Positions 1 to 9,421 of a DNA stretch of 40,307 nucleotides are shown here, in pieces. The stretch is taken from contig NC_083409.1 in NCBI RefSeq assembly GCF_020745735.1, positions 13,837,279 to 13,877,585 of the forward strand, read 5' to 3'. The notes below the pieces were generated by a model. The model saw only the letters and a program-made list of their open reading frames with translations, ran no database searches and was not told where the DNA came from. Position 1 is the stretch's first letter; each line of letters starts with the position of its first letter. The stretch comes from Hemiscyllium ocellatum (Eukaryota). The position numbers and the translations under genes are program-made.

Positions 1-454
1 ATATCTCAGTGATCTGTCTCCAGAATCCACAGACTACACACATACTTCTGTCAGACCCTGAAGTCTTAGTGAGCAGCTCATCGACATCCAATATTTCTCC
101 ACCCTTCCCAGAAAAGGAGAAATATTCTCTGTCTGAGTGATTCCTTGGGCAGGGCATTTTAAAAAGGGCTGTGGGAAGAGAACTGTTGCCTCTCAATGAC
201 AAAGCCAATGGAAGGATGTGGAGCTGGCACTGTGAAACGGTAGGGCGCAGAGGATGACACCAGAAGCAATTCAATGTTGTCACTCTCTGCTTTCCAATTG
301 CTGAACTGGAAATAATTACTTTTCATGCACAATTTGCACACTCGAGTTTGATCCACTTGTCTTTCTTGCTTTGCTTCTTTTGACTTCATTCTGTGGGTAA
401 GTTCCATCAAAACCCAGCCTCCTCACACTCATCCTGGCCCCTGAAAAGATTAGA

Positions 455-798
455 GACAAAAAACCCCTGCAAACTCTGGAATCCAAGGTTGACAAGCAGG
501 AGGCTGGGAGAACACAGCAAGCCAGGCAGCATCAGGAGGTGGAGAGGTCAATGTTTTGGCTGTAACCCTCCTTCAGGTCTGGGGAGGGGTGTTGGGAGAG
601 CAGCAGATAAAGGGGGTGGGAGGGATGAATCCTGATGCATCTCTCCCATCGACCAATCAGGTCACACTCTCTGCCTTTCTCAACCTATCCCTACCTCACC
701 ACCCTGCTCCCCCCCCCCCCCACAAACCCATTTATCTGGAGCTCCCCCAACACGCACTCCCAGTCCTGAAGAAGGGTAACACCCAAAACATCGACCTG
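455..798. mobile_element. Short non-autonomous Penelope-like (PLE) insert with inverted terminal-repeat arms
   Basis: Contains the PLE 3' terminus motif (gagaacacagcaagccaggcagcatc, minus strand). Arms ~546-620 and ~715-797 are imperfect reverse complements. Flanked by TGAAAAGATTAGA (442-454) and TGAAGAGATTAGA (799-811), a 13-bp TSD with 1 mismatch. Confidence 0.75.
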
Positions 799-1704
799 TG
801 AAGAGATTAGACAGAGAAGGTTGGATTGCAACAAGAGTCGCAGGTATTTCATACCTCGTTTCATTGAATCAAACCATCGAGCCCATCAGTCCTGAAAACA
901 GATTCCAACATTGAAGTCACATTTGCTGGTTGTAAATATAAATCTCTCTCAGTCTGAAAGAAGAAAGCTTTCAACTGAGAAATGAGTGATCTTAACCCAG
1001 ATCCTGAACAACAGCACAACAGAATGGAGTGATATAAATCAGAAACAGTATAAATTTAGGGCGGCCTACATGCTGCAGCTCGCACTAAGTGCAGCCAGCA
1101 CAGAGGGGAATGCTGGGACGTTTGGTCAGTGTGGTAGTTTGGTGAATTCAGAGAAGGAGTCTACCTTTGCTTTTCCAAACTGATTTGGAACTGTCACTTC
1201 AGCTGCTGGGAGCCTGCACACGCACTTGGTTTGAATGAGACAAAGTGATAAACAAGAGAATAGGAGTCTGGTAAGCAGATCAGCTGGGAATTGTTCAGTA
1301 TGAGGGACTGTCTAAGTAGACTGTCTCAGGACATGTCCATTAGGGAAGGTTAACAAAATGGAAAGTACTGAAACTTCAAAACAGACTGAAGACAATGACT
1401 GGTTTAATGAAGGAATGGATATTTTTCATTTGTCAGTGAGAATTGAAATGATTCAGGGTAAAGACATATGAAGTGAATGTACAAAACTACGGGAACTCTC
1501 ACACACAGTGGGTTTGGATTGGAGGCTGAGTTGAAAAAAAAAGGAGGGCCAGAGATACCTGGAGACTTTGTTCCAGCAGGAAGTTATAGGCCTCAGGACC
1601 GCACAGTTCAATTCCACGTGTAGTAAGGGGCAGGAGGGTATGACACACGAGGGAAGCAGATGGGGGTTGGAGAATACAGTGGGACAGGAAAACCCCTCAC
1701 TCTT

Positions 1705-1900
1705 CTAAACCCCACTGAGAATAAGGCCAGCCTTTCCAATCCTTCCTCATCACACAGCCCACTCATTCCAGGGATCAATCAGGTAAAACTCCTCTGAACC
1801 ACCTCCAATGCATTCATGTTCTTCCTTCAATCAGGAGATTAAAACTATACACAATAATTGAGATGTCGTCACACCAACGTCCAGGAATAACTGAAACATC
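1705..1900 (-). mobile_element. CR1 LINE ORF2 3' fragment, decayed
   Basis: The reverse complement resembles the C-terminal RT segment seen in the other CR1 copies of this window (LVRPxLEYCVQFWSP region). Confidence 0.6.
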
Positions 1901-1921
1901 ACAGTCTCACTTTCTGGTCCT

Positions 1922-4900
1922 TAAGCAGTTGCTTGCTCCTCCTGCAGAATGTGGCAGGTGAGAGAAATGACACACATCGCCGCTGGCTACATCTGCGGGA
2001 AGTGCACCCAACTCCGGCTCCTTGAAAACCGTGTTAGGGAATTGGAGCTGGAGCTGGACGAACTATGGATCATTCAGGAGGCTGAGGTGGTAATTGAGAG
2101 GAGTTACCAGCAGTTGGTCACTCCTGAGTCTCAGGATAAAGATAGATGGGTTACAGTCCAGGGGAGGAAAGGGGACAGACAGACAGTGCAGAGATCCCCT
2201 GTGGACATTGCCCTCAGCAATAAGTATATCGTTTTGGATACTGCTGGGGGGGAATGACCTACTAGAGGAAAGCCATAGCAGTCAGTTCCCTGGCACTGAG
2301 CCTGACACTGTCGCCCAGAAGGGAAGGGGGCAGAATAGAAAACGCTAATGGGAGGAGACTCAATTGTTAGGAGAATTGACAGGAGATTTTGTTGTCAGGA
2401 TCGGGATTCCCGGAAGGTATGTTGCCTCCCTGGTGCCAGGGTCTGGGACGTCTCTGATCGGGTATATAAGATTCTGAAAGGAGAGGGCGAACAGCCAGAA
2501 ATTGTGTTACATATTGGCACCAATGATATAGCCAGGACAAGGATCGAAGGTATAAAAAATGATTTCAGGGAGTTAGGGTGGAAGCTGCAGAGCAGGACGA
2601 ACAGAGTAGTGTTCTCGGGTTTACTACCGGTGACACGAGATAGTGAGGCGAGGAACAGGGAGTGGGCACAGCTTAACATGTGGTTGTGCAGCTGGTGTAG
2701 GAGGGAGGGCTTCAGATATGTAGATAAGTGGGATGCGTTCTGGGGAAGGTGGGACCTGTACAAGAACGATGGGTTGCATCTGAACTAGAAGGGGAGGAAT
2801 GTCCTGGGTGGAAGCCTTGCTCAAGTAGTTCAGGAGGGTTTAAACTAGTACGGCAGGGAGGGTGGGAACCTGAGCTGTATACCGGTGGTGAGAGTTGATG
2901 GAGATGAGGCAATAGCAAGAGGTAGCGCAGCCTGTAGGAAAGAACCAAGTGTGTTTGCTTTAATGCAAGGTGTATCAGGAATAAAAGTGATGAGCTTAAA
3001 GCATGGATCAGTACCTGCTGCTATGATGTTGTGGCCATAACAGAGACGTGGGTTTCTCAGGGGCAGGAATGGTTGCTGAATGTTCCAGGGTTTAGAACAG
3101 TTAAAAAGAATAGGGCGGGGGGGAAGAGGAGGGGATGTAACTCTGCTAATCAGAGAGGCTATCACAGCTACAGAAGCTTCCATTGTCGAGGATGGTCTGC
3201 CTACTGAGTCAGTATGGGTGGAAATTAGGAACAGTTAGGGAGCAGTCACCTCATTAGGGGTTTACTACAGGCCCCACAATAGCAGCAGGGAGATTGAAGA
3301 AAACATAGGTCGGCAGATTTTGGAAAAGTGTGAATGTAGTCGGGTTGTTGTAATGGGTGACTTTAACTTTCCCAATGTTGATTAGATTACATTACAGTGT
3401 GGAAACAGGCCCTTCGGCCCAACAAGTCCACACCGACCCACCGAAGCGCAACCCACCCATACATTTACCCCTTACCTAACACTACGGGCAATTTAACATG
3501 GCCAATTCACCTGGCCTGCACATCTTTGGACTGTGGAGGAAACCGGAGCACCGGAGGAAACCCACGCAGACACAGGGAGAACGTGCAAACTCCACACAGT
3601 CAGCCGACTGAGGCGGGAAATGAACCCGGGTCTCAGGTGTGTGAGGTAGCAGTGCTAACCACTGTGCCACCGTACTGCCTATTGATTGGAACCTCCTTCG
3701 AGCAGATGGTTTGGAAGGAGCTGTTTTAGTAAGGTGTGTTCAGGAGAGTTTCCTAACTCAGAACATTGACAGGCCGACGAGGAGAGAGGCTATTTTGGAT
3801 TTGGTGCTTGGCAATGAGCCAGGGCAGGTGTCAGATCTTGCGGTGGGAGAGCATTTTGGTAATAGTGACCACAACCGCCTCGCATTCTACCTAGCTATGG
3901 AGAAGGAGAGAAGCAGGTACAATGGGAGGATACTTAATTGAGGAAAAGGAAACTATGATGCTATGAGACTTGAGTTGGGAAGCATGGACTGGGAGCAATT
4001 GTTGCATGGAAAGGGCATTATAGACATGTGGAGACGGTTTAAGGAACAGTTGTTGCGAGTGATGCATAAATGTGTTCCTCTGAGAGAGGCAAAAAGGGTT
4101 AAGATAAAGGATACTTGAATGACGAGAGCGGAGCAGCTTCTTGTCAAAAGAAAGAAGGCAGCTTACGTAAGGTAGAGGAAGCTAGGGTCTCGCTCAGCTC
4201 TAGAGGATTACAGGCAGGCGAGGAAGGAGTTCAACAATGGTCTGAGGAGAGCCAGGAGGGGGCACAACAAAGGCTTGGCAGCAAATATTAGGGAGAATCC
4301 AAAGGTATTTTACACATATGTCAGGAATAAGAGAATGATCAAAGAAAGAATAGGGCCGATCAGGGATTGCATAGGGAACTTGTGTATAGAGTCTGAGGAG
4401 GTAGGGAAAGCCCTAAATGAGTTTTTTGCTTCTGTCTTTACTGAAGAAAAGGACCTTGTAGTGAATGAACCCATTGAGGAGCAGGTAAGCATGCTGGAAC
4501 GGATAGAGATTGAGGAAGCTAATGTGCTGAAAATTTTGGCAAGCATTAAGATTGACAAGTCGCCAAGGCCAGACCAGACTTTGTCCTCGGCTGCTTTGGA
4601 AGCAAGAAATGTGATTACTTCGCCGATTGCGAAGATCTTTGCATCCTCGCTCTCCACCGGAGTCATACCTGGAACTGGAGGGATGCAAATGTAATTCCTC
4701 TCTTCAAGAAAGGAAATAGGGAAATCCTCAGCAATTATAGAACAATCAGTCTCACGTTCTGTTGTCTGCAAGGTGTTAGAAAGGATTCTGAGGGATAGGA
4801 TTTATGACCATCTGGAAGAGCATGGCTTGATTAAATGCAGTCAGTACGGCTTTGTGAAGGGCTGGTCATACCTCACGAATCTTATTGAATTCTTTGAGGA

Positions 4901-6103
4901 TGTTCCTGGACAAGTTGATGAGGGTCGAGCGGTAGATGTGGTGTATATGGACTTCAGCAAGGCATTTGATAAGATTCCCCATGGTAGGCTCGTTCATCAG
5001 GTCATACAGGGACGTTTAACTGTCTGGATACAGAATTGGCTGGTCGACAGAAGGCAGCGAGTGTGTCGTGGAAGGATAGTATTCTGCATGGAAGTCAGTG
5101 GTGAGTGGTGTTCCACGGGGCTCTGTTCTTGGGCCTCTACTCTTTGTAATTTTTATTAATGACTTGGATGAGGAGATTGAAGGATGGGTTAGCAAGTTTG
5201 CAGATGACACAAAGGTTGGAGTTGTCATTGACAGTATAGAGGACAGTTGTAGGCTGCAGCGTGACATTGAAAGGATGCAGAGATGGGCTGAGAGGTGGCA
5301 GATGGAGTTCAACCTGGATAAATGTGAATTGAAGCATTTTGGAAGGTCGAACTTGAAAGTTGAGTACAGGATTAAAGAAAAGATTCTTGGCAGTGTGGAG
5401 GAACAGCGGGATCTTGGTGTGCAGGTACATAGATCCCTTAAAATTGTCACCCAAGTGGACAGGTTGTTAAGAAAGCATATGGTGTTTTGGCTTTCATTAA
5501 CAGGGGGATTGAGTTTAAGAGCCATGAGATCTTGTTGCAGCTCTATAAAACTTTGGTTAGACCGCACTTGGTATATTGTGTCCAGTTCTGGTCGCCCTAT
5601 TATCGGAAAGATGTGGATGCTTTGGAGAGGGTTCAGAGGAGGTTTACCAGGATGCTGCCTGGAATGGAGGGCTTATCTTATGAAGAGAGGTTCACTGAGT
5701 TCGGACTTTTATCATTGGAAAAAAGAAGGAAGAGAGGGGACCTAACTGAGATGTACAAGATAATGAGAGGCATTGACAGAGTTGATAGCCAGAGACTTTT
5801 TCCCAGGGCAGAAACTGTTAACACGGGGAGTCATAGTTTTAAGCTGTTTGGCGGAAAGTATATAGAGGGGATGTCAGAGGCGGGTTCTTTACGCAGAGAG
5901 TTGTGAGAGCATGGAATGAGTAGCCAGCAGCAGTTGTGGAAGTGAGGTCATTGGGGATATTTAAGAGACTGCTGGACATGCATATGGTCACAGAAATTTG
6001 AGAGTTCGTACATTAGGTTCAGCTCACATGACGATCAATGGTCGGCACAACATTGTGGGCTGAAGGGCCTGTTCTGTGCTGTACTGTTCTATGTTCTATG
6101 TTC
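1922..6103 (+). mobile_element. Near full-length CR1 LINE (ORF1 esterase plus ORF2 APE-RT), multiply disrupted
   Basis: ORF1 pieces include CGKCTQLRLLENRVRELELELDEL and the SGNH esterase motifs GDSIVR...HIGTND. ORF2 pieces include APE (YDVVAITETW, GDFN, SDHN) and RT (YMDFSKAFD, GVPRGSVLGPLLF, FADD, LVRPHLVYCVQFWSP). The 3' end is a (TTCTATG)n tail at ~6085-6103. Confidence 0.93.
3384..3679 (-). mobile_element. HE1-type tRNA-derived V-SINE nested in the CR1
   Basis: On the minus strand: tRNA-like head (TGGCACAGTGG A box, GGTTCATTTCC B box), V-domain (ctgtgtggagtttgcacgttctccctgtgtctgcgtgggtttcctccgg), CR1-like 3' tail and a TAATC-type terminal repeat. It interrupts the APE region, with a short TTGATT duplication. 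Confidence 0.9.
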
Positions 6104-6127
6104 AAAGCATGCCAACTCATACTTTTA

Positions 6128-6515
6128 CCAGCCATTTTACTGTCCATCTTTAATTGTCACGGACAAGGTGCTGCTAAGCTGAGTTCTTGAACCCCTACAG
6201 TCTGTGTGCTGGAAGTAGACCCAAAATGCCTTTAGGAAGAGAATTCCAGGATTCTGACCCAGTGATGATGTAGAAACAGTGTTATATTTCCAAATCAAAC
6301 TGGTGAATGTCTTGGGGGGGATCTTGCTGCAGTGAAGTTCCCATGTATCTGCTGCCCTTGTCCTTGATTTAAATGTCATGGGTTTGGAAGCTGTTGTCTC
6401 AGGATCTTTGGTGAATCTCTGCAGTGCATCTTGTAAATCGAACACACAGCTGTTACTGAACGTCAGTGTGGAGGGACTGGATGTTTTGGATGTGGTGCCA
6501 ATCAAGCAGGCTAAA
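6128..6515 (-). mobile_element. Non-LTR retrotransposon (CR1/L2 group, second family) RT C-terminal fragment
   Basis: Minus-strand translation ACLIGTTSKT...LQDALQRFTKD...WKY...LGQNPGILFL resembles the post-RT region of CR1/L2-group LINEs. It is distinct from the main CR1 family here. Confidence 0.6.
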
Positions 6516-6707
6516 CTTTTTTTCAGCAAAATTTAAATAAAATAATATAAAACAAATAAAATTAAATAAAATATAATTTTGCTGCCTTTTTGATAAAACA
6601 TCACTGCACCCAAAAAGCTAACTCCTCCTCTCCCCACCGAGACTGCACCTGTTCCCTTACTCCAGCATTGTGCTTCTATTTGAGATTTGCAGTATTTTTT
6701 TGGTTTT

Positions 6708-6939
6708 GTATCTGTTTTAATGCCATTGGTTATAAGAGAAGCATTGGCCAGCACACTGGGAAGAGTTTCCCTGAGACGGTCACAACGCCCTTATATTCAC
6801 ATCGACCTGAGACGGCAGTGGTTTAACCGATCATCCAGCAGATGGCATCTTTGTCTTTGCCAGCCTCAGGATATTGCTCCAGTGTCTGGAGTGGGGCTTG
6901 AAACCTGCAGGTTCAGGTGACGGTGTTACCACTGAGGCC
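6708..6939 (-). mobile_element. Deu-domain SINE (SacSINE1/AmnSINE1-like), 5' part
   Basis: The minus strand has a tRNA-like head (TCAGTGGTAAC...GGTTTCAAGCCCCACTCCAGA). It is followed by gatgccatct..ggatga..gttaaacc..ctgccgtctcaggt..cccagtgtgctggccaat..aaccaa..taaaacagat, which matches the Deu-domain consensus as I recall it. Confidence 0.65.
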
Positions 6940-6949
6940 GTCTATTCTT

Positions 6950-7082
6950 TCCTGGGATGTGGGGGTCACTGGCAAAACTAGCATTTGTTCTCCATCTCTA
7001 ACTGCCCTGAAACTGAGTGGCTTGTTCGGCCTTTCAAATGGCAGGTAAGGGTCAGCCACATTGCTGGAGTCCTGGGAGAGTC
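6950..7082 (-). mobile_element. SINE 3' fragment (same family as 17563-17895)
   Basis: Aligns by eye with 17565-17660 (ggatgtg.g.gtcactggc...agcattt.tt..ccatc.ctaa...ccacattgctg). Confidence 0.6.
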
Positions 7083-7089
7083 AGACTTC

Positions 7090-7410
7090 TACAATTGGTC
7101 GACAAGAACAAGGCCCTTTGGCCCAATGAGCCAAAGCCAGTCAAACATCCACCTCACCATTCTAATTCCATGTTCCAGCACTTGGCCTGTAGCCCTGTAT
7201 GCCTTGGCATCACAGCTGCACATTGAAACATTTCAATGTTATGGGAGGGTTTCTGCCTCAACTACCCTTACAGGCAGTGAGTCCCCAGACTGCCACCACC
7301 CTCTGGGTGAAAATGTGTTTCCTTATGCTCCCTCTGAAACTTCGGCCATTTATCTTTAATCTGTACCTCTCCGATCATTGATTATAATATAACCCCATGT
7401 CACCAAGTCT
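7090..7410 (-). mobile_element. CR1 3' fragment
   Basis: Contains the reverse complement of the CR1 3' UTR/tail (ggccctttggcccaa, caccaccctctgggtgaaaa). Confidence 0.65.
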
Positions 7411-8564
7411 CCCTTCATTGACACATGAACAGTCCTTGACTGTAATGCCTCAGAGAGAGTCAGGCACTGGAGGCTCGGGGTCTCTGACACTCAGCCTGTT
7501 TATATCAGTGAGGATTCTCCCTGTTATATCCTCATAACGATTTGAGTTTTCCTTGTGATACCCAGTTGGGAATTTTAATGGCACCGAATCTTCCACACAC
7601 GCCCACCTATCTTGATGCTCACCCTTCTTCCCATTTTCTTCTCCCCTCTGAGTTGATTCCATTTCAGTAGAGTCTGTGATAATTCCACAGAGGATGTGTT
7701 TGAGAAACTGCCATAGGGAAGCTCCCAGCCCTTCAACAGAAGGAAGGCCAATGTTTACAGCAAGCCTGGACTGTGCCCTTGTGTACCTTGTCTGAAGGAT
7801 TCCGTCTGATCTGTCAGCCTCCCTCACAGTCTGATAACCATCTCGGACATTGGAAGGAAATGCCCAGGATGCAGGATAACATGGCGCAAAAAAAACCTTT
7901 GGCTGAAGCTTCAGTGTTTGCCTTCGGTGTGCATTTTCACTTGCTCACTGCTCCCCTTTTACATAAAAATGTGGAAAGAACTCTTGTTGATGCAGTTTTT
8001 AAAATCATCGCAGAATAGTCAAAGCTGTGAGCATAGAGCAGTCACATTCATAGACAAGATGGTAAGGCCCCACAGACAGTAAATGAATAACAAAACAAAT
8101 GTGTGTTGGTGGCACGAGTTGAATTTTGAGCAGGGCCCCCGAGGGAATCTCCTCAGAATGGGATCTTGTCGAGCCCCCTGAGGTGGGGTTGGGGATGGTC
8201 GGGGTGTGGTGGTGATGGAGTCTCAAATGATGGTGCCAGAGACTGTGCAACTTGTAGCAGTGCACCACAGTCTCAGCCTGGAATCTGTTCTCTCATTTCT
8301 GAGGTGGCTTTCAATCCGATGACCATTTTGACTATGGGCCAGGAGCATTGTCCATGGAGTCACGGTCAATAACAATGTAAACTGTGTAGCTCTGAAAGCC
8401 TGAGTCTGCATCTCAGCTCGGGATCATATCAGCTCATTCATCAAATCTGTTTCTGCCCCTCTGCAGGCTGACCAGGCTGCCGGTGCCTTTCCAACACTCC
8501 CACGTTTCCTCTTGTGTCACAGCTCATTCTCCTGAGGGATAGTTTGCTCGGAGTCGAAAAGTGT

Positions 8565-8610
8565 GGTGCTGGAAAAGCACAGCAGGTCAGGCAGTTGTGC
8601 TCAGGCCGAG
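8565..8610 (-). mobile_element. PLE terminal-repeat tip
   Basis: gaaaagtgtggtgctggaaaagcacagcaggtcaggcag is nearly identical to the termini at 14996-15028 and 22837-22877. Confidence 0.7.
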
Positions 8611-9209
8611 GACATGATCTTGTCCCTCCTTCAGATCCTCTTCGGGAAACTCATGGCTCACCACTGCCCTCTGCAGGACAGTGAGGAAGGGCAACAAGCA
8701 AGGATGGAGATGGGGACGCGAAGCCTGAAGTGCTGCTCTCTGCAGTTTGGCGGGCACGCTTTGAGAACCGTTTGTTAGATCTTTGAGTATAATTCAATTT
8801 GTTGTTGATTCCAGTGCTCATCCGAAGGACACTCGACCTTTCAATCTGACAAACCAGGTTCACCCATGTCATGGCTCAGTTTCTGGCTAAGGCTCCAGTC
8901 TTTCAAGGAGATGAATTCAAGCCTCACCAGTTTGATCATTTGAACTGTATGCCATTTATTTTGATTTCTCCAGGGATGGGGTAGACGTTGACGTGTCGGT
9001 TATTTGTTTCCCTTCCTGAATTGTCCTGGAGAGGGCGGTATTGAACCATGTAATTTCAGGGAAGCAACTGACAGGTCATTTCTACTGGAATCGACTGGAA
9101 TGACTGTGGGTTTACTCATGGCTAATGGAAGGAGTCGTTACCCATAATCCTCAGTCGCAGTGCAAGTACTCTATAGTTACCAGAAGGAGGTTGTTTCACT
9201 GTGTCCAAA

Positions 9210-9335
9210 CAATACAAAATCAGAAGTCACACAACACCAGGTTCTAACCCAACAGGTTCATTTGCAATCACAAGTTTCCGAAGTGCTGCTCCTTCATCAG
9301 GTGTACCCCAGTCCACCATCGGCATCCCCACATTA
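9210..9335 (-). mobile_element. Terminal fragment of a second PLE-associated repeat family with a decayed hammerhead motif
   Basis: Sequence cacacaacaccaggtt..ccaacagg..ctgctccttcatcaggtg; the minus strand reads CAC CTGATGA A GGAG CAGCA CTTC GGAA ACTT GTG. A more deleted copy sits at ~14562-14635. Confidence 0.6.
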
Positions 9336-9421
9336 CTGAACAGTATAAATAAACTCGGGCTCATGAGGATCTTTATAGCCAACTGCCGCCGTGCTCGACC
9401 TCTTTATAGCCAACTGCCGCC

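Noticed and set aside
159-410. 83-aa minus-strand ORF with CKLC
   Set aside because: There is a single CxxC with no second ligand pair, no recognisable family and no convincing splice context.
709-721. C13 run (and G14 at 21747-21760) as G-quadruplex elements
   Set aside because: These are simple homopolymer expansions inside retroelement remnants, and their length is unreliable in assemblies.
3590-3679. tRNA-like sequence with A and B boxes (also at 22630-22695, 6880-6939 and 17800-17895)
   Set aside because: These are SINE heads continuing into SINE bodies, not complete cloverleaf tRNA genes.
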